A stretch of DNA of 64,000 nucleotides, taken from Hypanus sabinus (taxonomy: Eukaryota). Made by a program: the position numbers and the translations under genes. The notes below the pieces were generated by a model. The model saw nothing but the letters and a program-made list of their open reading frames with translations, did no database searches and was not told the DNA's origin. Of the stretch, positions 36,326 to 49,969 are shown in pieces. The stretch spans positions 37,324,001 through 37,388,000 of the forward strand of contig NC_082709.1 in assembly GCF_030144855.1 (NCBI RefSeq), given 5' to 3'. Numbering within the stretch: position 1 is the stretch's first letter; each line of letters begins with the position of its first letter.

Positions 36326-38414
36326 AATGTGTATATTTTATTATTAGCGAATTAACTATGCCCAAGGCACCAGCTATACCTGGTGTAGATACAAAACCAG
36401 CTAATGAGATTGGACAAGGAGGACTTTGTGCTTATTATGTATTTAAGCAGGACCTGTATTGCTTTAAGTTGATGTGTGTGTTTTTAAACTCAAGCAGTAC
36501 GAAGACATGGAGGGACATGAAGAGCTGCCCGAAGATATTCAGTGTTACTAAATACAGTGTTGGTGGGCACATGCATTAGACCTTTATAATCGGAGATTTA
36601 TATAACACTGCTTTTCCATTTCTGAAAAGAAGACATTTCCTTATTATTTGGAAGTTGACCCTGTTACAGGTTCCCCGAGTTAACTTCCATCTTCTCAAAG
36701 GAACCCATTCCATTGATGTTGTATCCCTTCGTTGACTTGATGGTGTATTTTAAAAATTAGTTTATTGCATTTTGTTTTGTTTCTTCGACAGTGTCCTCTG
36801 GAATAAGTTCATGATTTCTCTCTGCAGCACACTTCAATAATCACACATCGATACATTTTGAATTGTTAGCATTGCCACTTGAATTCTTATGTTGCTGATT
36901 TATAGCTTGACTCATAATTCTGTTACTCATAGTTACCCCTTTCCAGATTTAACTGAACTGGGCTCTTGTTAGGTTAGTCCTCTGCAGCAGGATTATAACT
37001 TGTTACGGAATGTTTGGTTCTGTAGTTTAGTAGAATTTATATAGGTCTCATTGCTCAAATTCAGTATCCTTGCAATAATTATTCCTTCAGAGGTGCTTTG
37101 AAAACTCTGCCATTTGCTGATGGATGATATGGTCAGATGACCATGTGTTTAATATTACCTTGTTTCATGCAATGTACAAATCGACATTAAATGAACTGTT
37201 ATCCAAAAGTAGATCTGTGACATAGGAACATGGGGTTCAGTTCTTCAATGTACACTTTATTCTAGCATAGGACCAAAAGTCCTTCATCTCGGTCCATTTT
37301 GAATGCCTGTCTCCAAGTACTAAGAAATTATTAACCAATTTCTCACAATAATCGTGTTTTTAAAAATTGATTTCTATGTTATACATGTATGTCTTTGCAA
37401 TCTTGAGTAGTGCACTTAGATGTCAGCTGTTCAGATTTCCTGTAATCACACCATTTAATCCAGGCAATTATCTGCACTCATAAAAACAGATTATTCAATA
37501 CGGAAGTGTCTGAATATTTGTCTTCTCAATATACTTGATGCAAGAAGACCACGCCATACTTAAAGATGGAAGTTCGGTAATATTCCCATGCTTTGTAGCT
37601 TTATCAATTTGCACACTTCCTTCTTTTGAGCTTTATATCATGTTTTTGTAGTTGCCTGAGCACTTCTGAAAACGTTGAAAATAATATGGTGTTTGGGGAT
37701 GTATTAGTTCATCATCTTGATTGCATAGGCAGTCTGTATCTGTGTTACATTCATGACATATTCCTATCCTGCTTTGGGATTCATCCTCTTGTTATTGCTC
37801 TGAGATCATAAAGTCCATTCTTACTTATACCCTTCCATTAGTGAAATTCTCTAAAATTCATTGATACCATCTCCAACTGTGTTGCTCTTTTGGAAAAACA
37901 AGCCCAAGTATGAGACTTTATAACTTCTGAATATTCTTGCTTATTAAGCCACAAATAAACATATCTCATGATGCATAACATGAGAGGCCCCAAGATTATT
38001 GTGCCAAAAGGTTCTTCAACAATAACAACCTCTTGCTTGACTTCTCTTTTCAAATATCATCTTGGTAAGTCTCGGCAAGTTTTGATGGTTTGAGGTTTAA
38101 ATGATCTTGTGACTTTTGTGCTACTTCAAAAATATCTTCCGCTTTCCATGATTGTTAAAATACTTGCTGTTATTGTACATTCATCACAACTCACTTTAGA
38201 TAAGATACTGGTTTTTGTGCATTCAAGTTTTGCACTATTTGTGGAAAGGTATTCTCACCATTGATGTATTGAAAAGAAAAACATTTCCAAGCATCCAGTC
38301 ATATAACCCAAGCCCTCAAATGGAACCTGCTTAGAATTGTCCTGTTCTTGTTCTTCGCAATGCCCCAGTTTCTATTTGAGGATTGTTATTCAGTCTGGCA
38401 TCTTCCTTCCTCCT

Positions 38415-38520
38415 TTTCAGTCTTGACGAAGGGTTTCCGCCTGAAACATCATCTGTTTATTCATTTCTATAGATGCTGCCTGACCTGCTGAGTTCCTCCA
38501 GCACTTTATGTGTATTGCTT
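38415..38520 (+). mobile_element. Penelope tail fragment with a decayed hammerhead core
   Basis: TTGACGAAGGGTTTCCGCCTGAAAC...atagatgctgcctgacctgctgagttcctccagca. Confidence 0.65.
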
Positions 38521-39611
38521 TATTTATGTTGCTAGTTATTTTACATTTTTGATTATGTTGTATATTATTACCCCAGAATGCAACTTGCAGGGCTTCAAAT
38601 AATCAAAGCAAGTGATCGTGGACTTCCAGATTGTCCCAGTGATCATTTTCCTCACACTTTACAAGTTTCCAAGGCCTCTTTTGACCTTGCATCCTCATCA
38701 CTGGTTTGCAACATAGTTCATTGTACATAGCTTCCTCACTTTGAATCCAAAAATAGAGTGTATAGAGCAATAAAATAAGATGGGAAAAGCGACTAGAAAA
38801 ATGTGTGAGTATAGTATTTTTGTTTTTAGCTACAATACACATTTTATGTATTTTTTCATATGGTTAATGAATGTGCTGTTGATGATAAATTGCTATTTCA
38901 ACAGCTGCATTCTTTTTAACAAAAGAATTACTCTGAAAATTATCCAGTCATTTTTGAAATGCTAGGCTTGCTTAGGGCACTTTGGTTACCATTAATGGTG
39001 CCCTTGATTTCAAGAAAAAGAGAAGGAAGTGCCAAGTTTAATTGTGCTTAATGCAGTTATAATTGGATGGAGTCGGAGATTTGACAAAAACAAATGCCTC
39101 TTTTTGGAGTTCATGGAGATTGTCCTTTCTTGTAGTATGTGATGGATTCTGTTCTACTATACTATTGAAAGAATACTGCAAGAATGGGCAAGTCCAAATT
39201 GTATCTGTAATGTACTTAGGATGTGCGGGTTGAAACATTCAGACTTTGGATAGAACAACAGAGCTTTTGTTTTATGTGGAAATTACTGATATAAAGCAAT
39301 TTGAAGTCAGAATAGAAGATATAATTAAGCAAGTTTTGAAGCCATTTTGTATTTAAGCTTTGTTTGACGGACTTTAAGAGTTGTTCATTAAATGTTGCAT
39401 TTACTGATGTTAGTTTTTTTTGGAGCTATTTGAAGTTTTTAGAATCAAAAATCCAATATTTTGCGGATTTAGTGTGCTCTTATTTAATAGAGTTTCTTCT
39501 TTTCCAGGATATAATTAGGAATATTTTGATATTTTCATTTTTATATAAATTATATTCTCATTTATTAATGCAGAAAAACAAAACCTGGAAATTGTCTTAT
39601 TTTATTTTTAG

Positions 39612-39710
39612 TTTGCAAGACATATAAAAAAGTCAGAAGGTCAGAAGACTCCCAAAGTTGAACTACAAATTTCCATCTATGGCGTCAAAATTTTAGACTC
39701 CAAAACAAAA
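39612..39710 (+). CDS. GULP1: GULP1 coding exon, [33 protein letters not shown]
   Basis: Acceptor tttattttttAG and donor GTAAGT at 39711; 99 nt, phase 0. Near-identical to the human GULP1 PTB segment. Not in the supplied ORF track. Confidence 0.97.
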
Positions 39711-41679
39711 GTAAGTAATTCTTAACAATTAATAATTATTCAAATAATTTTCTGGAGGATCAACCTGTATTTCATAGCATATAATCATTTTTCATCAGAA
39801 ACTGCACATTACTTCTGAAAAAATAAGAACTAGAAGACATGAATTATTGTAAGCAAGCAAGATGTATTCATGCTTGATCCTACTTTTTAAGAAAATAGCT
39901 ATTGGATAGACAAGCATGATTTATATACCATGATGATCACCATAACCATTGTGCATTTTCAAACATTTCCATTAGATTAGAAATTAGAAAATATAATTTC
40001 TAAAAGTGAGTCAGGAAATGGGAAATGACAGGCCTGTTAGCATAATATATGTTGTAATGAAAATGTTGGAAATAGTTTATAAAGATATTAAAGTACGATA
40101 TTTGTGATTACCTTGGGGGGAAAATATTCAAGGTAATCTCAGATGGCACAGAACCCTCATTTTGGCCTTATTTGGGTCTAACTTATACTCTCTTATGCCA
40201 TGCACACTTTAACTGGCATTAACCAAAAGTTAATTGCTTCCATTAGCTTTGTATAATGGACTTGAACTTCTCTGAACTATTGCTCAGTTAAGGAATCCAT
40301 CTTCTTCTAAGCTGATTCTTCACTTAATATTCTTAGTAATTGCTCCCATCACTCACTCTAGTCTCTTACTATTTTCTTTAATTCCTCCCTGCTGAATTTG
40401 TTAGGAAAAAATCTATCTCACCAGTTATTCCCCCCCCCCCCTTCCACAGCATCTCACAATCCCTTCCCACACTCGGCCTCGAAGACAGTACCTACCAAGA
40501 TCTGCACCACTGATGCCCTCTTCACACGGCTAACATTGGACTGGGGGATGGTAGCCTGAAATCACACACTAACAGGTTCAGGAACAGCTACAATCATCAT
40601 GTTCTTAAAACAAACTGTGCAACCCTAGTTCTATATCAGCAATGGAAAACTATAGACTACACCTTGCACAACTGGTAGACTTGTTTCTCATTGTTTTTTG
40701 CACTAATATCTTGTTCTGTGCAGATTTTTTCTTATATAATGTATGTATAATTTATGTTCTGTGTGTTGTCTGAATCTACACACCTCTGACGCTACCACAG
40801 GCAAGTTTTTAACTGTATCTGCGTCTCACCATATTTATGCACATGACAATAAACTTGAATTGGCTTGACCTGATGCGTATTCCCCCTTCGCCAAATTATC
40901 GCTACCTGTCCCACCCATCTTTACCAATATAACTATCTCCTCTTTCCTGCCTCACTGCCACTCTCCACATTAGCGGATTAAAGTATGCAAAATGTAGAGA
41001 GGCATAACAGGGTAGTTACTCAAGGTGTAGAAATGTCAAATACTACCGAGTACAGGTTTAAGTTGAACTGAGGAAAGTGGTTTTTATACTAAGTGTTAGC
41101 TGTCTGAAATATGTTGCTAGGGAAGGTGCTAGCAGCAGATACAATAGTAACATTGGAAACAGCCTGTGCTGCTCATAATGTTCTTTCTTTATGTCAAATT
41201 ACTCATTAGTTTTCAAATCTCCAGAAGGAAAAAAAATCCAAGTTCATCCAATTTCACCTTCTGGCCAAGACACTTCAATAGGGTTCAGTAAGTGTACTTA
41301 ATGTCAGAGAAATGTATACAATATACATCCTGAAATTCTAGGCAACATTCAGGTGAATTTCTTCTGCACCCTCTCCAAAGCCATTAAATCTTCCTCATAA
41401 TGTGGTAGCAAAATCTACACACAATATTCCAAATGTGGTCTACACAGCTACACATAACATGCTAACTTTTATATTCAAGTTCCCATCTGGTGAAGGCAGT
41501 AACGCCCTTTGCTTTCTTTGCCATCATATCCAATTGTGTTGTCATTTTCAGGAAGTTATGGAGATGACCCCAAGGTCTCTATCTCTAATCAAAGCCCTTA
41601 ACATCAACGTAGACAACATCCACTGCCCTAACCACATTAAGCTTCTTCATCCGCAAAAACCTCAATGAAATTTGTGAGA

Positions 41680-42347
41680 AGTTCAAGTTTAGTTGACATT
41701 CGACCATCCATGAATGCAGACAAATGACACAGCATAAAGCACATATAAGATAGCAAGCACGTATAAGATGTCAGTAAAATACAGTCACACAGATATATAT
41801 ATAGTCCCAGACCCTGAGTCCATCAATGTTGCAAAAATCTGCAACGAAAGCAATTCAGCTTGTCTTCTGCTGAGCAAACACCAGGGGCAGCAGCAGCTCC
41901 AGCTTGTATACCATGCTACACTGCCTCCAGTGGAGCACACTGACTGTAACACCTCTGTCCTGGATGGCTGTATACAGGCAACATCATGGTTTGAGGCATA
42001 GTTCTCGCTATGACCAAAACCACGTAGCTCATTCCTCAGCCAATCAATCAGTGAATCGGACTGGCAGCATTCCACATTGACAATGTACAACAGGGTGATG
42101 ACACCCTGTCAGACAGCACACCAGCTGCGCGCACCGTCTCCTCCATGGTCTCTGGTGGAGGCAGCAGCACGATCCGCACCAAGTCCAGCTCCTCCAGTTT
42201 CTCTGTCAATGAGGCTACACCTGCAGTACTTAACTTTTTCAATGTCCAGCAGATCTTGCGATCATAAAAGGTAAGTTTAAAAAAGACAATTATACATCTT
42301 TGGTTGACCCAGTAGTAGCCACTGTGATTGAGTACACCGCCATCTTA
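41680..42347 (-). mobile_element. Short non-autonomous Rex1-like element
   Basis: The minus strand starts aagatggcgg and ends aaacttgaact. Shares internal sequence with 15620-15690. Confidence 0.5.
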
Positions 42348-42890
42348 CAGGACGTTACCAGAACAGCTGTGCTAGCTATCCATAATAAATTAATGCTTTT
42401 CCACATGCAAATGATTCCTTTCCCCTAATGAGTTTCTCCTATAATTTCCCTACCTTTGGTGCAAGGCTCACTAGCTTATAAAATTCCTGGTTTGTCACTG
42501 TTTTCCTCTTAAACAAAGGAACAAGATTGGTTATACTCCAGTCCATTGGCACTTCACCTGTGGTTAGGAAGGATACAAGAGTACGGCAAAGTATTATGTC
42601 CTTGTGGCGACCCACTTCACAGCGCACTCGAACCGGCTCACAAATCGGCACGCGCCGGCATCGAGGCCAGTCCCAAAAAGGGCGCCAAGTCTGCTTCACC
42701 AGCAAGGGTAAAAGCCCGCGCGCGGGACGGGACTGTGAATACGCGCCCCCTACAGTATTCCCCCCCGGGGAGGGCGGGATCAGGAAGGCTTAAAAGCGAG
42801 GCCGCGAAGTTCGAATATATCTCTTTTGCAACTGCAGCTTATTGACTACGTGTCATTATTTTAGCGCTGCATGTAGTACATCGCTACAAT

Positions 42891-42904
42891 TGGTGACCCC
42901 GACG
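42891..42904 (+). promoter_or_regulatory. Primer-binding site complementary to the tRNA-Trp 3' end
   Basis: TGGTGACCCCGACG, 2 nt after the 5' LTR's terminal CA. Confidence 0.88.
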
Positions 42905-42928
42905 GCCCAAATGATATTTGAGCCGAAG

Positions 42929-43611
42929 ATGAACGACGCCACATCTGTTCATGTGGTTTCATTGAAACTGCCAAGCTTCTGGACGCTGCGACCTCACCTA
43001 TGGTTCCAGCAAGCAGAAGCCCAATTCCACGTTCGGCAGATAACCTCGGATGCCACACGTTACTACTACGTGGTGAGCTCCCTCAACCAGGAAACAGCGG
43101 CCCAGCTTGAGGAGTTCATACAGTCTTCCCCAGCGGACGGCAAATACACGGAATTGAAAGCCCTGTTCATAAGGACTTCCGGGCTCTCACAGCGCGAGCG
43201 AGCTGCCCGCTTACTGCACCTGGATGGTTTGGGAGACAGGCCACCGTCGGCTTTGATGAACGAGATGCTGTCCCTGGCCGGAGGACACAAGCTCTGCCTC
43301 ATGTTTGAGCAGGCATTCCCGGAGCAGCTGCCCGAGGACATACGCCTGCTGCTGTCCGACGCAGATTTCAGCGACCCCCGGAAGGTGGCGGCCTGGGCAG
43401 ATGTACTGTGGAAAGCCAAGAAGGAGAGTGGGGAGTCCATCGCACAGATCACCAGGGCACACTCCCAGCAGCAGACCAGACCAGGCCCGGCAGCAGAGCC
43501 CACTAACCCAGAGGGAGGGGTGAGGAGACCAACGAACAATGGTGCTTCTACCACCAGCGGTGGGGCGCAGAAGCCCGCCGTTGTCGCCCGCCCTGCAAGT
43601 TCCCGGGAAAC
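42929..43611 (+). pseudogene. Gypsy gag (one frameshift before the CHCC knuckle)
   Basis: VSLKLPSFW...WFQQAEAQF...ITSDATRYYYVV; [19 protein letters not shown] at 43540-43596 lies in a different frame. Confidence 0.88.
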
Positions 43612-46500
43612 TCCTGTATGTGTGCGACATTCGGTCGGGACGCCGCTGTTTGGTGGACACCGGTGCCGAGATCAGCGGCTTACCTCCGACGAGTTACGAC
43701 ACCCGCAACAGGGCACCAGGTTCCACCCTGAGGGCCGCGAACGGCAGCACAGTAAGGACCTACGGCACCCGTATGGTGCGGTTACAGTTCGGCTCCAGCC
43801 GGTTCACGTGGGACTTCACACGGGCCGCCGTAGCCCAACTGCTCCTGGGCACAGATTTTTTGCGAGCTCACAGCCTACTGGCCGACCTGCCCAGGAAGAG
43901 ACTGGTCCACGGCAAGACCTTTCAAACATTCTCCCTGGGTGAAGCCCAGTCGCCGGCCCCACACCTCGACTCCATCACGCTGTCCGACAACGACTTCGCC
44001 AGAGTCCTGGCGGATTTCCCATCGGTTCTGGCACCGCAGTTCATGGCAGTCATGCCCAGACACGGCGTACAGCATCACATCCCGACCCAGGGACCACCCC
44101 TCCACGCCCGCACTCGAAGGCTTCCCCTGGACAAGCTCCGACTGGCGAAGGAGGAGTTCAAGAGGATGGAGGAATTGGGGATCATACGGCGGTCCGACAG
44201 CCCATGGGCCTCCCCCCTGCACATGGTGCCCAAAGCATCAGGGGGCTGGAGACCATGCGGCGACTACCGCAGACTGAATGAGGCTACCACACCGGACCGC
44301 TACCCTGTGCCGCACATACAGGATTTTGCAGTAAACCTGCACGGCGCACGGATCTTCTCCAAGGTGGACCTCATTCGGGGATACCATCAAATCCCAATGC
44401 ATCCGGACGACATCCCCAAAACGGCTCTCATCACCCCTTTCGGCCTTTTCGAGTTCCTCTGCATGCCGTTCGGCCTGAAGAATGCCGCATAGACGTTCCA
44501 GCGGTTAATGGACGCGGTGGGACGCGACCTAGACTTCGCTTTCATCTATTTGGACGACATCCTCATAGCCAGCAGCAGTCGGCAGGAGCATCTGTCCCAC
44601 TTCCGTCAACTCAATGCCCGACTGAGTGAATACGGCCTGACAATCAACCTGGGTACATGCCAGTTCAGACTCGACACCATCGACTTCCTGGGCCACAGGA
44701 TTACTAAAGACGGGGCAACCCCTCTGCCCGCTAAGGTAGACGCAGTCCGCCATTTCCCCCAACCCAATACAATCAAAGGCCTTCAGGAATTTGTGGGTGT
44801 GGTCAATTTCTACCACCACTTGCTCCCTTTAGCTGCCCGAATCATGCGCCCCCTGTTCACCCTGATGTCGGGTCTGGGCAAGGACATTACCTGGGACGAG
44901 GAGTCCACCGCCACTTTCATTAAAACGAAAGAAGCCTTGGCGAACGCCGCAATGCTAGTACATCCCAGAATGGACGCCCCTACCGCCCTCGCAGTGGACG
45001 CATCTAACACGGCAGTCGGTGGGGTACTGGAGCAACTCATCGCCGGTCGCCGGCAACCCCTGGCGTTTTTCAGCAAACACCTGCGGCCACCCGAGCTCAA
45101 ATACAGTGCTTTCGACCGGGAACTGTTGGCGCTATACCTGGCAATCCGGCATTTCAGGTACTTCTTGGAAGGTAGGCCCTTCATCGCATTCACAGACCAC
45201 AAACCACTTACCTTTGCATTCACGAAGGTGTCCAATCCCTGGGTGTCCCGCCAGCAGCGACATCTGTCTTACATCTCTGATGTCCGGCATGTCTAGGGGA
45301 AAGGACAATGTCGTGGCGGACGCTCTGTCTCGCCCTACCATTCATGCCCTGTCCCAAGGGGTAGACTATGAAGCATTGGCGGAGGCGGAGCAGGCAGACG
45401 AGGAGATCCCAAGTTACAGAACCGCAGTCTCCGGTTTGCAGCTTCAGGACCTCCCCATAGGCCCAGGTGAGAGGACCCTATTCTGTGATGTCACCACCGG
45501 CCAACCCCGCCCCGTTGTCCCAGCAGCCTGGCGGCGGCGCATTTTTGACTCCATTCATAACTTAGTGCACCCCTCCATCTGGATGGTCTCTAACAGGTTC
45601 GTTTGGCACGGACTCCGCAAGCAGGTCGGTGAATGGGCCAGAACGTGCATGCACTGCCAAACTGCCAAGGTGCAGCGGCACACAAAAGCTCTGCCACAGC
45701 AGTTCCACCCCACCCCCCGGCATTTCGACCACATTCATGTGGATATCGTGGGCCCCCTGCCAGTGTCACGCAGAGCGCGGCACCTCCTCACTATCGTGGA
45801 CTAGTGACTGGTTCACAAGATGGCCAGAGGCGGTCCTGCTCACCGACACCACCTCCGAATCTTGCGCCCTAGCACTGATCGCCACCTGGGTATCTCGCTT
45901 TGGTGTACCGGCCCACATTACCTCTGACAGAGGCGCCCAGTTCACTTCCAGCCTGTGGTCAGCTATGGCCAGCCTTTTGGGGACACAGCTGCACCACACA
46001 ACTGCCTACCTCCCACAGTCGAACGGCCTGGTGGAGCGTTTCCACCGTCACCTGAAGTCGGCTCTCATGGCCCGCCTGAGAGGACCTAACTGGGTGGACG
46101 ATCTTCCCTGGGTCCTGCTCGGAATCCACACGGCGCCCAAAGAAGATCTGCCGAGTTGGTGTACGGCGCACTCCTGGTTGTCCCAGGGGTGTTCATACCA
46201 GCCCCAAGGGGGCAAGAGGAAGAACCCGCAGCAGTCCTGGGCAGGCTACGCGAGAGGCTGGTAACCTGGCCCCCATACCCACTTCGCAGCATGGGCAGAA
46301 CCCGACCTGCGTACCCAAAGACCTGCAAAACTTTAATTTTGTTTTTGTATGATGGGGCGGACATCGGGCACCGCTACAGAGGCCCTAGGAAGGAGAGGCC
46401 CTCGGAAGGGCCGTTTACGGTGATCAGAAACAATGGGTCCACATTCGTGCTGGACATTGGGGGGAGGGAGGAGGTTTTCACGGTGGACCGACTCTAACCG
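43605..46500 (+). pseudogene. Gypsy pol (protease, RT, RNase H, integrase), inactivated
   Basis: LVDTGAEIS; [11 protein letters not shown]; YLDD; VDASN/YSAFDRELLA; H-H-CxxC; DIVGPLP; TSDRGAQF; NGLVERFH. Stops at 44490-44492, about 45294 and 45802-45804. Confidence 0.93.
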
Positions 46501-47453
46501 GCCCATATGAACGTGGCACAGCCGGTCATGATTCTGGCACCGCAGCGGAACCTCTGCAGTCACTGCAGTCAGACCTTCCAAACAGAGTCCGGCCCAGACT
46601 GTGGACACTGGGGGGTGTATCACTGGTTCTGGGGGTGGGGGTTATATGGCAACCCACTTCCCAGCGCACTCGAACCGGCTCACAAGTCGGCACGCGCCGG
46701 CATTGAGGCCAGTCCCAAAAAGGGCGCCAAGTCTGCTTCACCAGCAAGGGGAAAAGCCCGAGCACGGGACGGGACTGTGAAGGGCAGGATCAGGAAGGCT
46801 TAACAGTGAGGCCGCGAAGTTCAAATAAATCTCTTTTGCAACTGCAGCTCATCGACTACGTGTCGTTATTTCAGTGCTGTGTGTAGCACACCACTACATC
46901 TTGATAAACAAAAAAATCATAAAATGTCATTTTCCCAAGCAATATGGAAGAGAAATTGTAGGCGTATGAGACTGGTTTCTTGAGTGGGATTATACATTGC
47001 AGCAAATGGTAGTGATGAAAATTTGTATGTTGCTTTTCCTAATTAGATGATTTTCAGTTGAAGAACTAAATTTCTAAGTAAAATGTAGCATCAAGAAAAT
47101 TAGCACTGTATTCAAAAGGTTTATTATCATTAGTAATTTATCCTGGAGTTCTGTATTGGAGAAACTGAGACGGAGATTGGTAGAAAATTATGCAGGAAAA
47201 TATTGCTGTCATCTTTGTAGCTTAAAGTAAGCCATAATTGATATAATCTTTGTAGCTTAAAGCAAGTTGTATTAGAATAAATTAGTCATATTAATTATAT
47301 TAAATGTTCTTAATTATAAATGGTCACTCCTTAAGAGATCAGTAAGGCTCAACTATTTAGTAAATACTGCTCAGAAATCTTCTGTGACTTGATTTCTTTT
47401 CATCTGATTACAATGGTGAATAATGAAAATACTTAACTGTGTTTGCCTTGCAG

Positions 47454-47591
47454 GAAATTCTGCATAATTGTCAATTGCACCGAATATCCTTCTGCGCAGA
47501 TGACAAAACTGACAAGAAGATATTTACTTTTATTTGCAAGGATGCTGAGTCAAATAAACATTTGTGCTACGTGTTTGACAGTGAGAAGTGT
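47454..47591 (+). CDS. GULP1: GULP1 coding exon, [46 protein letters not shown]
   Basis: Acceptor tttgccttgcAG and donor GTAAGT at 47592; 138 nt, phase 0. PTB core, near-identical to human. Confidence 0.97.
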
Positions 47592-47974
47592 GTAAGTCTA
47601 CAAAAGAGATGTTAGGCTATGCTATTGAAGAAATTCTGTGGTAAACATAATGTAAATCATTTCAGAATCAGATATTGCTAACATATGATGTGAAATTTAT
47701 TCTTTTGTGCCAAAAGGGCAGTACAAAGACATAGAAGTCTATAAAAATAGTGCAGATTGAAAATGATATTCATGGGTTCATGAATCATTCATAACTTAGA
47801 TATTGGAGGGGAAGAAGCTATGTGAACTGTCGGATTTCAAGCTGCACTACCTCATCTTTGATGGTAGTAATGAGAAGAGGGCATATGCTGGATGGTAAAT
47901 GGCCTTAATAATGAATGCCACCTACTTGAAGAACTGCCCCTTCAAGGTATAGTTGACATTTATTTATTTAAATT

Positions 47975-48242
47975 TACTGGCATATAGCATAAAATAGGCC
48001 CTTCTGGCTCTTCATGCCTTGCCTGTCAGTAACCCCTGATTTAATATAGCCTAATCATGGGACAATTTACAGTGACCTATTAACCTACCAACCAGTATTT
48101 CTTTGGATTGTGGGAGGAAACCAGAGCACCTGGAGGAAGCACACATGGTCAAAGGAAGAATGCACAAACTCCTTATAGGCAGCTGTGGGAACTGAACCTA
48201 CATTGCCGGAACTATAAACCACTGTGCTAGCTACTGTGCCAT
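47975..48242 (-). mobile_element. V-SINE-like (HE1-type) SINE inside a Rex1-like remnant (about 47660-48400)
   Basis: V-domain text ttggattgtgggaggaaaccagagcacctggaggaagcacacatggtca...caaactcc. Confidence 0.75.
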
Positions 48243-49852
48243 CTGTGTGTTGGGGGTGTCGTGGTATTGGGCCTGTGATGGAGCTCCACTTACTTGTAAA
48301 GCAGTTTGTAAGAATGTTTGGTGTGATACCAAATTTCCTTAAATCCCTAACAACATGGAGCTGCTAGCATGCCTTTGTCATGATTACATCAATGTCTTGA
48401 GCCCATTTGTTCACTTGGGCTTAGTTCAATTCATAGCTGTGAATTAGGATGGTCTGTGTAGTGAAATAATCAGTAGGTAGAGGTGATTTGATTTCCCTAC
48501 AGCAATGTATTTCTTAAGTGAATGCATGTTCTGTAACACAGTGTCTCTCCTTCGAGATCGTTTACGTGCTACATTAGGAAATAGCCCTATCCCTGAAAAT
48601 GTATCTGACACCATCCAAACTGAATTTAGCTCAGACATTTTTTTTTACCATAGCACCCTTTAAAATATGCCATGGCCACATTTGCCTTAATGCGATGTGT
48701 CATGACTTCTGCATTAGGAACATTGTGAGATTAATTTATTTTTCCCCATGCAGATGAAAGTTAGTCAATAAAAAATTGCCTTTTTTTTCTTGAGCCTCTA
48801 TAAATTTCGCTTAGATGTCAGAATGGTTACTAAAAGCAAGTGTCATATACAATGATCTTGACGGTTGAAGCTAAAACTTGGGCTGGCAGGGAGAGAGTGC
48901 GGCATGACATTAGGTGACCTGATTGATGCTGTTGGGGTGTTGCACTAAATGATGGTCAGTCTCACCTCCAGGGAATGCAGTGTACAGTTGCTTGGAAAAT
49001 AGTGGAGAAAGAGACCCCAGGGATTAGGCTGTCAGCTGCTTTCACTAGCTGTGCCAATTCTGAATTGCAAATATGCTACTTGTTCCTTTGAAGCAGGTGG
49101 CACAGTTATTCAACTGTGTCAGCTAACAAATCAAAGCAACTGCATCTTTTGATGTAAATATGGGCATGAAGCTATTACAATTGAGCCTGAGCAATCTGGC
49201 ATTGCTTCATTGTTTCAGGGAACATTCTGAAAGGGCAATATATCATGACAATATTGTAAACTTTTCATTGGCACGGTCCCTTCTGGATCAGTTGGTGTTC
49301 TCAGAGGAGAAAAGATGTGTTTCTGTGTTATACTTAGTATTATACTCAATTATTTGGTTTGACCTTTCGTGTTCAAGAAAATCAAAAGAATGCATTTTGA
49401 GAAGACTAATGGTTAGATATATTGAATCTGTGTTAAACATTTTATGCTTTCTTGAAATAGTAATTATTGGCAAAGTCAAACATTCAGGATTTAATTCAGT
49501 CCAGACCAAGTCATTTCCATAGAAGGAAATACTGAATTCAAACTAAACAGCAGGAGTTACAGTCCTATTAATTTGGGTAGAGAGAATGTCATGGATATGG
49601 TACTTGGTTTTGTACACTTTAAATTTCCAAGTTGTGTGACTCTGGTATGTGGTTAGATGATACCCATTGAATAAAATTAGTTAAACACTGACCATATGTT
49701 TTAAAATCCAGATAAATAAGGCCATTTATTTATAGAAACATAGAAAATTTATAAATTACCTTTCATGATCTCGGAGCATATTTCTGAAGTTCTGCTTCAA
49801 CAGCAATCTCAAAATCTTGGATGGAAATGAGAATATTTTCAATCTGTTTCAG

Positions 49853-49969
49853 GCTGAAGAAATAACACTGACTATTGGCCAAGCGTTTGACTTGGCCTAC
49901 AAGAAATTTCTGGAAACTGGAGGAAAAGATGTTGAGACAAGAAAACAGATTGCCAGCTTACAGAAGCGA
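49853..49969 (+). CDS. GULP1: GULP1 coding exon, [39 protein letters not shown]
   Basis: Acceptor ctgtttcAG and donor GTGAGT at 49970; 117 nt, phase 0. Encodes the C-terminal PTB helix (TIGQAF). Confidence 0.97.

Larger units (their letters stand above)
42603..46898 (+). mobile_element. Near full-length Gypsy LTR retrotransposon, CsRn1/Kabuki-type
   Basis: LTRs at 42603-42888 and 46645-46898, flanks TCCT and TCTT (4-bp TSD, one mismatch), PBS, a G-rich PPT at about 46631-46644, and gag-PR-RT-RH-IN order. Confidence 0.96.

Noticed and set aside
42842-43942. 366-aa ORF as a novel host gene
   Set aside because: It is Gypsy gag that runs out of frame near 43510. The C-terminal part is an off-frame reading of the knuckle and protease region.
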